A DNA stretch of 62,098 nucleotides, filler included, from Basidiobolus ranarum (GCA_040143965.1; 25 parts of 25 records of this genome joined end to end with filler, not necessarily neighbours in it), one strand, 5' to 3'. Shown: positions 37,408 to 52,401, counted from the whole stretch's first letter. Numbers and translations: made by a program. Notes: generated by a model not told the origin, from the letters alone.

Positions 37408-38303
37408 GACTGGTACTACTTGCCATATTCATCGTGTACGAACCACGTTACGCCAAAGAGCCCATCATGCCTTTCAGGTTCTTTAAAATTCGAAATGTTT
37501 GTGTTTGCTTTATTGGAGATATTGTATTCGGAGCAGTTTACTTCGGTGGAGTCTATTTCATTCCATTGTTCTTTCAAGCTGTACATGGCAACTCAGCCAC
37601 TGAATCTGGGATCAAACTGTTGCCGGCATTACTTTGCAATTTTGTTGCCTCCCTGGGAGCAGGTTGGATTGTCAGTTGGAGTGGTAAGGTTCGTCCCTGG
37701 ATCATTCTAGGTACCAGTATCCTTGTTGCTGGTACTGCGCTCATTACCACCTTGGACGCCCACTCGAACAAAGCTCAAGAGCTAGGCTATCTCGCCATTT
37801 ACGGTATTGGTTGTGGCCTTTGCTTTGAGCTCTATATCATTGGTATCCAGTCGGCAGTTAGTGAAGAGGGTAAGTACCTCATAATTCGCTGGGTTGGGAG
37901 TAGCTTAACTAAATGGTATTTTTCTTTAGATCAACCACAAATCACTGGTATTCATGCGTTCGCACAGTCCATTGGTGGAGCCATTGCATTGCCTATTCAA
38001 AATACTATACTTAATATCGTCTTGTCAAACAATCTTCGTAACCAGGTTCCCGGCCTTGGAGTAAGTTATCTTGAGTGTACGTAAAATAATGGGCCAAAAT
38101 TAACATTTGAACTTTACTATTAGATTGCTTCCATCGATCCAACTGAGGTCAAGGGTGTTGATATTCAATACCGTGAACAAGTAACCGAGGCTTATACCGG
38201 AGCTCTACAATATGCATTGATACCACTGTGTGCATTGGCTGCTATCACCTTCTTAGTTACACTATTTATGAAATCAGTCCATCTTAGCTCTCACAAAAAA
38301 TGA
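37408..38303 (+). CDS. MFS drug:H+ antiporter (DHA2-like), 3' part; introns 37870-37929 and 38061-38123
   Basis: AKEPIMPFRFFK, YFIPLFFQAVHGNSATESGIKLLP and multiple TM segments. GTAAGT..TAG introns restore the frame to TGA at 38301. Confidence 0.9.
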
Positions 38304-39869
38304 TTAATATCTTACCGCTAATACATAGCAATACACCGAATAATCTAAGCTTTTTATACACACCTCTCACCTCTATAACTTCAAGAAAAAGAGACTGTAA
38401 ATAAATCGAAAAGTCTGCTTTAAATGTTTCAAATAGTTCGTAATTCGAATTCGAAAGAACTTATACATTGTAACACCACATCTTATTAGTCAAAACAAAA
38501 TTGGCAATTCCAAAATGGAACAACCAATCTTTGCTAAAAAGCATCTAGATTGGGACGATCGACACTGATTTGTATTTCAATTGAAATATAGTATTTGCCT
38601 ATTGAGGAAATGTGAAAATTAACCCTTTAGGAAAAGTCACCATTTGTTGAGGAAACGTTTACTTGCTATCCACTTAATAAAGCAATTGTATGTGCAAAGA
38701 TCACTGCTCACTCCATTTAAGTACGACAAAGTAGTTAATACTGGATATAGATTGCGCCAGGGGTTAAAAAAGAGATGCTTGGTAATTGACTCAATCACCA
38801 GTAAGAAAGTAATCACGTATCTCGTCAGTTATGGTGCTTAGTTTTGATATCTTGAATCATCACCGGAACATATCAAAGATAACTTCACGCCTGATGGTAT
38901 GTACCCTAGTGCTAATAACTGATTCTCCTTGTTGCATGCATTTTTAAAATGTCGATATCTCTACATCCACTTGATGTGTGACACTGCTTAATCAGAGTCA
39001 AAATAATCGTTTTTGATATCCAGAAGGAGATTCCACTACTTTTGGTGATGATACCTACACCTGAATTCATTATAACCAGTAAATCAGTTCTAAGCTCATA
39101 GTTTTTTGAACTAGAATTATATACCATTGGTTATATTACCCAAAATTTTGATGCCAAGGTTTTGGCAAATTTTCATTGCATGTTTCGTATCTATATTATT
39201 TGTTGGTGCCAACCAAATCTCTCAGAATCAATCAATGATGAATGTGAGTTTACCAAATCAACGGAGTTTCCATATAGTTTAATCTACGCAGTAATTAAAA
39301 TTTATCAATATGGAAGAATGAAGATTATGATGTTTGTCAGCAATTCTTGCAGTGAAGACAACCTCTTAAGTAGTAGTTGAACTAAAATTCTTATCAGCGA
39401 CAACATGTTCATTAAAGACAATGTTTTGATCAGAATTCAAAATTATTAGTGACTTTTTCTGTTTCTTAAACTATAACAAAGATATACATCAAAACGGTAT
39501 ATACTCAAGGGAATATATCTACTAGTTTGACAGATTGTATACAGTGTCATATATCTGAGAACAGTAAAATTATCATAAAAAACTCTCGTTTACATAGTAA
39601 TAGTGAGCAACCTCCTTCAGACAAAAGAACAAATAAACAACGAGTTGAATATATATATTCTATTAAATTGCGAATTCATTATTGTATTTAATATGCCAAT
39701 TTTGGATCACAACAAAATATTTATTAAAAATTTCAATAGACACCTATTGTAAAATCCAACGATAATTTTNNNNNNNNNNNNNNNNNNNNNNNNNNNNNNN
39801 NNNNNNNNNNNNNTTAATTAATTAANNNNNNNNNNNNNNNNNNNNNNNNNNNNNNNNNNNNNNNNNNNN

Positions 39870-41337
39870 CATTCCACTACTACTTACTCAGCTATATAGT
39901 GAAAAATTCAATATGAATGGGATATTTGAGACAGGGTCAAAGTTTGAATTGATTGGGAAAATGCTTGAAAACATCAAGATACCATCATGTTTTACCAGGA
40001 CTCCCATCAATATCCACTCATCTAGGCATTTATTCAAATGCAGAGACTAGAAGTATTGTGTTTGTATGTAATCAAGTGGAATATTGAAAAGATTTCTGCC
40101 TTACAAGTACTGTCAACATTAGGGGTTGTTTATGGATATTGTTAATATATTCTTATGGCATCAACTCACATTGGCATATCTCAGGCAGATGCAGCAACTG
40201 GGCAAAAATGTTGTAATTGGATATGAAAAACTCTATTAGAGGTCTAAGGAAGATAGACTGAATCTATTCTGGTACTCAATACAATCCCTGCTGCATCTTT
40301 CATAATGCTTAGAGATTATAGGCCCTTGCTATACATTCTGGGAGTTCCTAATGGAGTGCACCTATGGTGAAATGATGCTTCATGTGAAATCATCAGTATT
40401 ACCATGTGCTAATCTGATAAACAATGTAACAGCAAAATCAGTGATGGATATAATGCAATGGGTTAAGGAGTCTCCAGAGTATATTAACCTTCCAACAAAG
40501 GGCTCTTATCAATGTGCTCATGGGTTCTTGCATTGTTTGAGCACAATAACAGCAACAAAACCCAATCCATGGACACAGAGTAAGTACCTCTATAATTTGG
40601 ACTAATTTGTTTGTGTGATTATCTGACAGTATTTCTAGGAAAGCTGCAAGACAGACTTCATGGTGAGAAAGATTGAGATAAGCAGTATCATTGTTTTAGC
40701 CAAGGGGTAATCTATTCAAGCAACAATGCATCTACTTGTGGCAGGATATTTGTTGACTACAAGTTGGGGATATATTGGCTGAATTCTTTGTGGAAATCTG
40801 CCAAAATCCAAGAGCTTATTTACATTGTGAATGGTAACAGGAGTCAGATATTTGCCAAGTGTCAGTGCTATTCAAAATTTCAGATGTTGAGCAATTTTTC
40901 CACCATTAGTTTGCTGGTAAAGCAGATTGACATTCTTGAGTTATGTTTGATCAGTCAAGTATGTGCACATGTAAAGACTAAACACAACAAGATTCTTATG
41001 TTTTTTGATTCTCATCATGGCTGGAGTTCAAAGCCTAAAATATCTTAATAAAGGCCTGCATATTAATTCAAATTCCTACAGCAGTAAACCCAGTAATTTG
41101 CCATTCAAAAATTAGATTTTTGCAAAAATTGCTGGAAATTAAAATAACACATGCCAAATATGAGGATCAACATTTTAACATGTATGAATACCATCGGATA
41201 CCATCAAAAAGCCACCATCTCACCATCAAAATCCCTAGCAGAATGCCAGCCACCAATATTGTGATGGTTCTCTCATGGTTTTGCAATTCAGAAGGGTGTA
41301 TCCAATCTGGATCAAATTAATTTTATTTTTGTAGGGG
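39870..41337 (+). mobile_element. CACTA-like transposase 3' part and terminus
   Basis: Colinear with 32845-34306. Ends ATTTTTGTAGGGG directly against copia sequence. Confidence 0.88.
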
Positions 41338-41339
41338 GA

Positions 41340-42254
41340 ACTTCATTATCCACAAACCAATGTTTTTCATTTGTGACATGTTGGGAGGCTCCAGAATGAA
41401 TATACCATGTCTGAGAATCCTTGTTGGTTGTCACAGACAGAGCAGATATGAACAAGTAATCTTCTGTGGTAACCACATTTCCAGATTCAGTATGCTTTAC
41501 TTCTTTTGCTATTCTTTGTAAGTAATGTTTGCTTAAATGGCCAGCTGTTTTACAGCAATCACAGAATGTGTCACTTTTCTTCTTAAAGTGCTTTTGACCT
41601 TGATAGGAAGGTTTCCCTTAGCCTATTAAAGCATTTTTTTCATTCTTTTGGTTGGATCCCAATTTATATAAATCTTCATCCAGAAGTCTGCCAAATACAT
41701 AATTTAAAACAAAATTTTCAGTTCTTAATTATACAGCCATTATTAGGCTCTGAAACTTGTGTGGCAGGCTATTCAAGACTGTAACTATGATTTCTTGAAC
41801 AGTAGTAGGTACCCAAATGCATTCCATTTCATCCACTAAAATAGCGACTCTGTTAATTAGTGATTTAATGTCTTCTGCTGGTTTCATCTTTAAGACAAAG
41901 AATTGTCTTCTTGAAAACATCTTGTTGGCAGTAGAACTTGTTTGGTAGGTGTCTTCCCAGGCTTTCCATACCTTCTTAGCAGTTTTAGCTCTTGAACATT
42001 GAATTAGCAATTTGTCTTTATAATTGAGACAAATTGTGTTAAAGGCACTTTGTTCTTTTTTAACCTGAAGTAAAACTTTGGTTTCAGTTAGTTTTGAGTT
42101 GTTTTCTTCTCCTACAAAAGTGTCCCAAAGTCCTTCTTCTTGTAGCAGCATTTTCATTTTAATTTTCCAAACTTGATAATTGGTTCCATCCAATTTTTCA
42201 GAAGAGGGAAAAGTTCCATAAATTTGAAAAGTAGACATTACAGAGAGTGCAAGC
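41340..42254 (-). mobile_element. Ty1/copia gag-protease remnant
   Basis: EKLDGTNYQVWKIKMKMLL, CDCCKTAGH..C and WYIHSGASQH. Confidence 0.92.
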
Positions 42255-42619
42255 NNNNNNNNNNNNNNNNNNNNNNNNNNNNNNNNNNNNNNNNNNNNTT
42301 AATTAATTAANNNNNNNNNNNNNNNNNNNNNNNNNNNNNNNNNNNNNNNNNNNNTGTTTGAGATATTCAGGAGTTTGTGTAATAAGATATAATAGATAGG
42401 TGGGGGTAATAAGACATACTTGTTATATAGATATAGAGATATTCCTACTTAGAATATAGGGGCTATAGATACGTTGCTTTCTGTTTCTGATATATGTATC
42501 ATAACTAAAGTCAACTATGATGTTGAATAAAGATTAATTATCCAACAGAAACCAGTCAAAAATCCCATCAAAAATGATCAAAATTGGCTAAATATGGCTG
42601 AAAATATGTATTTGAAAGC

Positions 42620-43691
42620 CCTGAGTTCCCATATCATTCTATGGTAGGTAGTTTGATCTATGCTATGACCGGAACCTGGCCAGATATCTCTTTTGCAGTG
42701 GGAGTAGTCAGCCAACATGTGCAAAACCCAGGATCTGAGCATTATGCAGCAGTTAAGTGGATCTACCAATATTTGAAGGGGACAATTGATCTGGGATTAA
42801 GATACAAATTTTCTTATGAGAATTAGGATCTAATTGGGTTTAGTGATGCAGATTGGGGATGTGATATTGAGGACAGAAGATCTATCACTGGATATACCTT
42901 TCTCTATAGTGAAGCAGCCATATCTTGGAATAGCAAGAAACAACCCACCATTGCTCTTTCAACAACTGAAGCAGAGTACATGGCAGCATCACATACAACA
43001 AAGGAGGCTATGTGGTTAAGGAAACTTTTCAAAGACTTGGGCATTTTTCAAAGTTCACCCACCATAATTTTTAAGGATAATCCAAGTTGTATTTCTTTAG
43101 CTAAAAATCCCAAATTTCATGCTAGAAGCAAGCGCATTGACATTCAACATCACTTTGTTAGGGAAGCTATTGAGAATAAGCATGTCCAACTAGAGTACTG
43201 TCCAACTGAGGACATGCTTGCTGACATCCTTACCAAACCATTACCCAAACCAAATTTGAAGAATTTAGATTTAAGTTAGGATTAGGATATATGAATATTT
43301 AGTTGAGTGGGAGTGTTGAAGTTTATTGTCTTTATTGTATTTGTTATCTCTATCTTTATACACCTAACTATTTCATATATCACATATAAGTTAGCTAACA
43401 TTACTTAGTCAAATATCACTTAGCTGAAAATTGGAACATATATTATATATATATGTGAATAATGTGAGAATTAGCAATTCCATATTGGAAATTTTAAACA
43501 TGTCCAAATTGCCCCAAATATAGCTCATTTTACTCCCACAGATGTTCTGAACACAATGCCAGTGTTAGTTTTTTGTATTTCCACTAAAATGTATAAATGC
43601 TTTATTTCTGGACAATAAATAATTATCTCACAAAGCTATAAACAACTCCACTATTCTAAAGTTCCTCCAAGCAGCCCATATTTTCCTAATA
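42620..43691 (+). mobile_element. Ty1/copia 3' end: RT/RNase H, PPT, LTR C (43314-43691)
   Basis: VGSLIYAMTGTWPDI, GFSDADWG, STTEAEYMA, KRIDIQHHFVRE and ADILTKPL. PPT GAGTGGGAG lies directly before TGTTGAAG. LTR C also occurs at 14979-15089 and 32156-32313. Confidence 0.93.
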
Positions 43692-44738
43692 GTCCCAAGG
43701 TCCTTTTTCTTGCAGCAGCATTTTCATTATAACTTACCAAACTTAATAATGGGTTCCATCCAATTTTTCAGAAGAGGGAAAAGTTCTAAAATTTGAGATA
43801 TAGACATTACAGAGAGTGTAAGCTTGGGGCTCACAACCAGTCAAAGTATATGGGAGCCTGTTGGATGTGGTTTGGAGAATTCGAGAAATCAAGCTAACAT
43901 GTAGAATATGTTAAGAAAGGTCCCATGAACATTTGTGCAAAGCTTGGGGCTTCTAGCATAAGTTTGAAAAATCTACATATCTGAGAACTTCTCAGTTGGT
44001 AAAATTAATCCAAGTTGCAATTGAGAATAATTGATAATATCTTGGTGAATTGTAAGATAACCAAGTACTAAGATCTATATGATTGTATAGGTGTTTAGGC
44101 AATCCTTATTTCAACAGTTCCTGGGACCTTCCTTAGCACATTCAACAGGTTAGTTTGCTTACATCTTGACAGAACTATAAATGTCAACTTTCACTCATTA
44201 AGTCAACAAGTGAAAGCCACCAATTTCTCTAATTCTCCAAACCACTTCCAACAGGCTCCCAAGTACTTTAAAAGTAACATCTGTATTTTATAGCCATGAA
44301 ATGGAAGTTACAAAACAGGTTCAATATTTACTCAAAAATATGTTTCAAACTAACTTTCAATTATTAGGTGTGATCAGAAGTACAAATATAAACTAAACAA
44401 TAGATGTAACACAATTATCAAATCTGGTAAACTTAAATATGGGATATGCTAATTCCAGGAAATTAATTTGAATATTCAATAGTTTGATAGTAGTAAAAAT
44501 AGGAATAGATTTAACTTGTTTATACTCATTAAACTTCAGAATATCAAATGATTTACCAATTCTTGTTGAAATTAGCATTGCCTAAACACCTAAATAGTCA
44601 TATATAACTTAGTAATTAGTTATCTTATAATTCACTAAGATATTATCAATTATTCTCAATTGGAATTTACTTAGAATATTTTTACCAACTTAGAAGTTCT
44701 CAGATATATAGATTTCTCAAACTTGTGCTAGAAGCCCC
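43692..44738. mobile_element. Cluster of LTR B fragments and a gag 5' remnant with PBS
   Basis: Matches to 20322-20670 in both orientations. GGGGCTCACAACC at about 43826. Confidence 0.8.
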
Positions 44739-44838
44739 NNNNNNNNNNNNNNNNNNNNNNNNNNNNNNNNNNNNNNNNNNNNTTAATTAATTAANNNNNN
44801 NNNNNNNNNNNNNNNNNNNNNNNNNNNNNNNNNNNNNN

Positions 44839-47220
44839 TAGATAACCATTCAAATTCCTCAATCAAAGGCTCCAAGAAGCTATCTATAAGCACTGGTGAT
44901 TTAGGTCCAGATATGATGGATAGTATCAAAATATTTTGACTCTTATACCATCCAGAAGGAGCAAGATTCAAGCTGATTAAGATTATTGACCAGCAAGCCT
45001 TTCCAATGGTATATTTGTTTAGTGAGAAACCATCCAGAGCCAATGCATGCTCATACATGTTCTCAAAGAAACCTTGACTTTTCAGATTCTGGTAGTGATA
45101 TCCAACAAGTAAACTGGTAATACCATCAAATTCATGGTGAGTACTATGGTATTGGATCGATGTTCTATATTTGGATGATTTCATCAAAACTTTAAGATGG
45201 GGAATCAACAGTTTGTAAGCCAAATGTGAACAATATGTATGTAATTTAGTGATTGTCAATTGTGTGCAAACTGTTCATGACTTCAGGTTTTTCAGATCAC
45301 TGGTGAAAGCCAAACAACTATTTAGATATCAAGGAAGTTTAATTACTGAAAATTATAAGTCATACAATAGACAGGTGTTTTCCGCTTGTATCAGGTCTGT
45401 GGCAAGCAACAGTTGCCAATCAACTGTGGTAAAAGTGTAAGAAAACCAATAAATACCTGGTTGCTAAGAGGGCATTGAACTCTCCACTCCTCAATAATCA
45501 AAGCTGCTTCCTTCATGGTAAGTGTCATGAGGGGACTAATGTTGGCCAATAACAAAGAGTCTGTAACAAAAACATTGTCTTCTTCAACTTCTGATATACT
45601 ACCATTGGTACTAGAATAACCAAGGTCAGCATCTAGCAGCAAGTCTTCAAAGTTGTCTGGACTTACTTGTTTGATCAAAGTTGCATTTTGACCTACATCA
45701 TTCTGGTCATATAACTGTGGTAACTCCATGGTATCTTGAATTTTGGCAGTGTTACCAAAACTTTGTGGCAAACTACAGTCCATGGACTCAATGGCAAAAC
45801 TAGAGTTGATTTAGCACACTTTTTACTGTTGTTATACACCAGGCTTGGTGCAGCTGGTGGCTTTGTACAGTGTCTGTGCCTGTGATTATTTTTTTTATGA
45901 AGCCTCTAGCTTTCATAGCACAAGAATTTGTGACAATAATAGCAGGGCTTGTTTAAATGTTTGTGTAGTGGCATGAGAAGGTTATTGTGGAAAAAAGAAC
46001 ACCTCCTATATAAGAATGGTATCTTAGGTATAGCCCGGCAATATCATCAGCTGATTCTGAGACAGTGTCACAGAAGAGTCAACAGGGGATATACAAGATA
46101 TTTCTGGTGATGGATGGCAGCTTTAGATTATTAAAAGCTGTTTCTAAGCAATTTCACTACACCAAGTTTACCATGTGGAAATTTCAATGCCATTCAAAAA
46201 GCATTCTAAATCTAAATCAAAATCTGCTTCCATGCCAAAGCCTTCTGGCCCAAAGGAAACAAACCGGAGAGAACAGAGGACTTGGTTGATGAGCAGTCTA
46301 GCAATCTACCATCCGCTTTGGAAGGTATAAACATGCCGGAAACTAACTCCAGTAATGATGAAGCATTAATTAATTTACCAGATGTGCTCCTTTCCGGCAA
46401 TTGTGCAAGTGAAGAGATTGTAATCCCCAAATTATGTAGTAAATCAATAGTTGAGCAAAGTTCAACCAAAACACCATCAAGACCATCAACTTCCAAAATG
46501 GCTACTTTGCCCACTCTTGAACAACCCTCTGTAGAAAATTTGGATGGAATTATTACAACTAGGGAATTGCAGGCAGAACACCATAATGATTTGTATGCAA
46601 TCATAAGTAAAAACTACAAAGTTGCTATACAGGCCATGAGAAGCAATAACACTGCAATATTGCAATTAATGTAGAGTTTGGAAGCAACTAGTCAACAGTT
46701 TGAGAGTCATTCAACAATGATACAAGACTTTTGAATGCTGAACTTGAGCTACAGCAATGTGCTGCTTCCTCTGTCCATTTTCATATGGGATTTCAATCAA
46801 TCCCACACAATACATATTAACATCACCACAACAATCTAGCAGAGCAGAAAATGTGTCAGACCATTAAGCCTACACAACAACCCAGAATTACTTGGGCACA
46901 TGAAAGTGGAAATCTCATAGGAAAACTGGCAAACCAAAACACTCTAAATCTCAAAGCTGCCATCACTTGCTATGATGATGAGTAGTTTAACATTTTGGAA
47001 ACTGTGAGCAATCTTACTCAAAATCACCTGGATTTGAGCCAATTGTGGAAAAACCAAAAACCAGGCATTACTCTGAAGGTTCTTGACTTATTTCATGTGA
47101 CTTATCCTAGGTTTTTGCAAGCAAATGGCAATTGGGCTAGTATAGGCCTATTCATGAAACATCTCAAAAATGTATGCAATTATTGACTTGGAAAAGAAAG
47201 AAAAGCAGCTAAAGAAGTAC
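44839..47220. mobile_element. CACTA-like element central region: transposase 5' half (-) and ORF2 (+)
   Basis: ALALDGFSLN..CWSIILISLNLAPS..ISGPKSPVLIDSFLEPLIEEF. Same divergent layout as 27440-29827. Confidence 0.9.
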
Positions 47221-47919
47221 NNNNNNNNNNNNNNNNNNNNNNNNNNNNNNNNNNNNNNNNNNNNTTAATTAATTAANNNNNNNNNNNNNNNNNNNNNNNN
47301 NNNNNNNNNNNNNNNNNNNNGGCTCACATTGACAATGAAGATAGTCTCTACGTGAATTTGTGCCATTCCTGTGAGCACCTTTCGAGTAACATACTTGAAT
47401 TAACGTAGCACGAGTCATTTTGACAGTCGGTTCTGACAATTTTGGTATTAACTTTAATTAGTCATCCGCCTTACTAATTGTATCAGTTTTACTTGCTATC
47501 AGTTCTTTAATCCGAAAAAGCAGCAATAGCCAGTTTCCGATACCAAAAACCATGAAAATTTGAATGAATCGAGTTTCAACAAGCAAGAAAGTTTTGGCGT
47601 AAAGTATTAACCAAGCCTGATCTTTTTGGTGGGGTTATAGTGGAGAGTTGCACCTCGACAAGGAGAAGTTCTTGAATCCAAGTCCAGCTAGAGAATAATC
47701 TTTCGCAGTTGAAGCAGTAATTGTTAAACTGAAGAATATAGCGTATTTGATAGGATATAATTGTATATCTCAATTGATTTGAAAATTGTTTTTTGATATT
47801 AAGAGAATTACTAGCTGTCAGAATGTGCAAACCGTCCTCGCCTGGTTATTGGAATAATTAACCATCAAGATCATTAACTGGAAATACTCAGAGGTTCCAA
47901 AGAACTATGAAACTCTATA

Positions 47920-48830
47920 TTAAGTGCTTCACATACCTAATGTATTTGTCGGCAGTTTATAGGACTAGGTGGATTCTTTTTTTAGTGTTTCCCATCCTAC
48001 TTGTTTGTAGATGCCATACCTTTTATTATTGGTTAGCAGTCTTCAGCACTTTGTAGACTCTCCTTGAATATATCTCATACCCCTTGTTTCTTGGCACCAT
48101 ACCTTTCATGATTTTTCAGTACTCATTAGCTCTTTGTTGGCTCTGCTGTATGTTTTTTGCATGCTTGTGATTTCTTGATGCCACTACTCTTGTCATTTGT
48201 CAGTGTGCTTTTGCACTTTGCAGACTCTTGTTAAGTGTAGCCAATACTCTGTATTTCTAGGCACTATAGCTAATGTTATATATTAGTGGGCTTGGTACAT
48301 TGTAAAGAGTAAGTAATATCCAGGTTTGCAAGTTCATAGATATAGGTTTTATTATTGAAAGCTTGGTATAGATGTCCATATTGCAAAACACTCATTTCTT
48401 GGCTCCATGCATCTTGTTATTTGAAAGTAGTTGTTGGGACTTTGTGTATTAAATTTCAAGTCTTTTCCATACCCATTGACATTTGTCAGTGATATTTAGC
48501 CCTTGGTTGACTTTGATTTAAGTTTTTCCCATACCCTCCATTTCTTTGCACCATACCCAATGACATTTGTAAATGGCTCAACACTTTGTCAGCAGTAAAT
48601 AATATTGCAGTCAATAAGTTCCCTATTCAAGTTTTGGCATTGAAGGCTTGGTCAGAGTGACCATGTAGCTCATACTAAGCATCCCATGGCTCCATACCCT
48701 TTATCATTTTTGGGTAGGCTTACCATTTGTTTCATGGTTCCATAACCCTTCTTATTTGCCATCAGTCTTTTCCCCTGTGTAGACTCTTCTTTAAGCATTT
48801 TATATACCAATCATTTTGCAGCATTGTGCC
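47920..48830 (-). repeat. Second, more decayed locus of the 84-bp array
   Basis: Reverse-complement motifs TTTCTTGGCACCATACC, CACTTTGTAGACTCT and TTTCCCATACC recur. Confidence 0.75.
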
Positions 48831-49802
48831 TGTGAATTCTTTTTAGTGCCATTTGCATTTGATCAATAGTAATGAATGTCTCAGCCCTTGTGGTTGCATG
48901 AAGCTTACTAGAATCTATGAGTATGAAATACTATTATTGCTTACATTCAAGACACCAATAGGGGGGTTGCAAATAAAAAGTGGTTAAGGTGTGCAAGTTC
49001 AAAGGGAAATCATGAGAATGCTCTATGCTGGACATTAGGTATGAACATGGACAACTGAGTAAAGCAGATACCATGGTTGGGGAAGGAGAAACTCTTTGCC
49101 TGAAAGTTTATTAACCTCTATATTGAATTTCAATCAGAAAAGATGATTCAACAGATTAAAATCACCAAGTATGCAAACATAATTGAAGCAAGGTATTGTA
49201 GTTTGGTGGTGAAAAGCCACCAATTACTGAAAGTATTCTCCAGAACTGTAGGGCTACATTTTCAGGTGTTTTTTGGCCAAAAACATACCTGAGTGGTTCC
49301 AGCTCCTGGTTGAGTATATGTGGTTGTTGATCAAAGAGTTATACAGGTCATGAGATATAGAATATTTGTAGATATGATCCCAGTTCTGAGTCTTCAGTCC
49401 CTGCAGAGAAATTGTTGCACACTATTGACTTCAACATATTCAATCAACCAGCCTGCAAAAAGAACTCAACCTTGTGAGGAAGGGATTGATCAATATTTCT
49501 TTGGGAAAATATGCATACATCCTTCTAGCCAACAGAATCGTTATTCAAGAATTCTTCAAGGGCACCACTAGGTGCATTTAGTAACAAATAATTGTTGGAT
49601 AATTAATCTTTATTCAACATCATAGTTAACTTTAGTTATGATACATATATCAGAAACAGAAAGCAACGTATCTATAGCCCCTATATTCTAAATAGGAATA
49701 TCNNNNNNNNNNNNNNNNNNNNNNNNNNNNNNNNNNNNNNNNNNNNTTAATTAATTAANNNNNNNNNNNNNNNNNNNNNNNNNNNNNNNNNNNNNNNNNN
49801 NN

Positions 49803-52043
49803 TTCCAAGTAAATTCCAATTGAGAATAATTGATAATATCTTAGTGAATTATAAGATAACTAAGTACTAAGCTATATATGACTATATAGGTGTTTAGGCA
49901 ATGCTAATTTCAATAGCTATATAGATATAGAGATATTCCTATTTAGAATATAGGGGCTATAGGTACGTTGCTTTCTGTTTCTGATATATGTATCATAACT
50001 AAAGTTAACTATGATGTTGATTAAAGATTAATTATCCAACATATTTTTTTCAAGATATAAGCAAACCAATGTGTAGAATGTGTTAAGGAAGGTCCCAGGC
50101 ACATGTGTGCAAAGTTTGGGGCTTCTAGCACAAGTTTGAAAAATCTATATATCTGAGAATTTCTAAGTTGGTAAAAATATTTCAAGTAAATTCCAATTGA
50201 GAATAATGGATAATATCTTAGTGAATCATAAGATAACTAAGTACTAAGCTATATATGACTATATAAGCATTTAGGCAAAGCTAATTTCGACAACAAAGAC
50301 CCTTGATGGCTCTCACACAGAATTTTGGAGATCTACAATGGCTGAAGAGTACCAGGCTTTGATTGATAATCAGATTTAGTTTCTAACCAACTAAAATGAT
50401 GGTAAATAAGCAAATAGCTCCCAAAACATGGTCAGAGTGAAATAAAACTCTGATAGCAATATAGAAGGGTACAAAGTTATATTGGTAGTGAAGGCTATTT
50501 CCAAGTGTCAAGATGGTTTGTACAGAATATTTTACTCCTATAGCTAAATTTGATTCAACTAGAGTGAGTTTAGCAGCTTAAGCTAAAAAAGATCTTATCA
50601 GACATCAAATAGATGTTAAAGCAGGCTTTTTGAATGGCGAGCTTGCTCAGGAGATCTATATGGACCAGCCAGATGGGTTGGTGTTCCTAGAAAATCCTAA
50701 AATAGTTTGCAGACTTTGGAAAACACACTATAACCTAAAGCAATCTCCAAGAGCTTGTAAGTGCAAGGTATATGCTTTTTGGAAACACTCAAGTTCCAAC
50801 AGAGTAATGCTGCCTATAGTATCCACTTCAGGCCAAATAAGACAAACCCAGCTTGAAATGTAGATGATTGTATTACAGCAACCAATGACTTGGAGACTTT
50901 GGAGAAAACCATAACCAGCCAATGTGCTATATTCAAAATAACTGATCATGGTGACCTGACATACTATCTTGGAATCAAAATTGAGAGATAGAGTTATCAC
51001 AATGATAACTTTGAACCCACCTAAGTATATCCTAGATATACTAAAGTGTTGAAATTAGCATTGCCTAAGCACCTACATAGTCATATATAGCTTAGTACTT
51101 AGTTATTGTATATTTCACCAAGATATTATCAATTATTCTCAATTGGAATTTACTTAAAATATTTTTACCAACTCAGAAGTTCTTGGATATAAAGATTTTT
51201 CAAAGAAGCCCCAAACTTTGCACTCTTGTTCCTGGGACCTTTGTTAACATATCCTACATATTAGTTTACACCTTGACAAAACTATAAATGGCAACTTCCT
51301 ACTCCATAAGTCAATAAGTGAAAGTCATCAATTTCTCTAAATCTCCAAACCACTTCCAACAGGCTCCAAATTACTTGCACAGATGTTACCCATTTTTTTT
51401 GACTGTTATTTACTTGGATTATTTTTACCAAGTTGGAAGTTCTGAGATATAAAGATTTATTAAACTTGTACTAGAAGCCCTGAAACTTTGCACACATGTT
51501 CCTGGGACCTTCCTTAGCACATTCTAGACTTTAGCTTGCTTAGATCTTGAAAAGACTATAAATGTCAATTTTCAACTCATTGAATCAATATGAGAAAACC
51601 ACCAATCTCCCTCATTTTCCAAATCACCACTGATGGGGTTACAAATACTTTAGCAATACTTAATATAAAGAAGGTAAAAATGGAAGAATGTAAGCCAGTA
51701 TTTACCATAATGGATACAATTCTTAACTTGATCAAATTTTGCTTAAATCAGAAGTGCTTGGATTCAAACGATAGCCAGATATATCCTTATCAAATCATAT
51801 CAGTTATGTGTACTTTAAGATATTTTAACATTATTGTGGATCTGTGCTTAAACACACATATTCTGGATCAAACTTTGATCTGATGGGATATTCATATACA
51901 AATTGGGGAAGGGATATTGAAAACAGTTGATCTAAATCAGGATACTTATTTCTTTGCTGTCATAGAGCTATTTCTTGGAATTCAAAGAAACAACCCACCA
52001 TAGCACTTTCAACAACAGAAGCAGAATATATGGCTGATTGTGG
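49803..52043. mobile_element. Nested LTR A/B copies within a decayed copia RT-RNase H
   Basis: LTR matches at 49803-50292 and 51047-51655. FLNGELAQEIYMDQPDG, LKQSPRA and SWNSKKQPTIALSTTEAEYMA. Confidence 0.87.
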
Positions 52044-52183
52044 TGTTGAAATTATTTAAGGAGAAATATTGGTCTGGCCAGGATTTGAACCTGGGACCTC
52101 CTTCACTCTAGCAACGTGCTCTAACCACTGAGCTACCAGTCCTTGTATGCTATGCCTATATTGCTAGGGAACCTTAACCTAGT
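52044..52183 (-). mobile_element. Third copy of the tRNA-bearing LTR (3' half), inserted in copia RNase H
   Basis: Reverse complement matches 25485-25623 and ends in canonical ...TTTCAACA. Confidence 0.88.
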
Positions 52184-52283
52184 NNNNNNNNNNNNNNNNN
52201 NNNNNNNNNNNNNNNNNNNNNNNNNNNTTAATTAATTAANNNNNNNNNNNNNNNNNNNNNNNNNNNNNNNNNNNNNNNNNNNN

Positions 52284-52401
52284 GAACCGAGACTACACTC
52301 ATATGGGTGCAGGATTAGACCCACGAGGTAACTTCTGGACACAAGCTTTCGCCAGAGTTCGTGGCAATATCAATTACAATCGAGTTCCAATCTGCCCTTG
52401 A
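52284..52401 (+). CDS. CAP/SCP-domain protein, 3' end
   Basis: NRDYTHMGAGLDPRGNFWTQAFARVRGNINYNRVPICP-stop. Paralog at 54408-54544. Confidence 0.7.

Noticed and set aside
37870-37929. Read-through of ORF 37434..38084 as one exon
   Set aside because: It is a 60-nt in-frame GTAAGT...TAG intron with a CTAAC-like branch site, and retaining it would insert 20 residues into the MFS fold.
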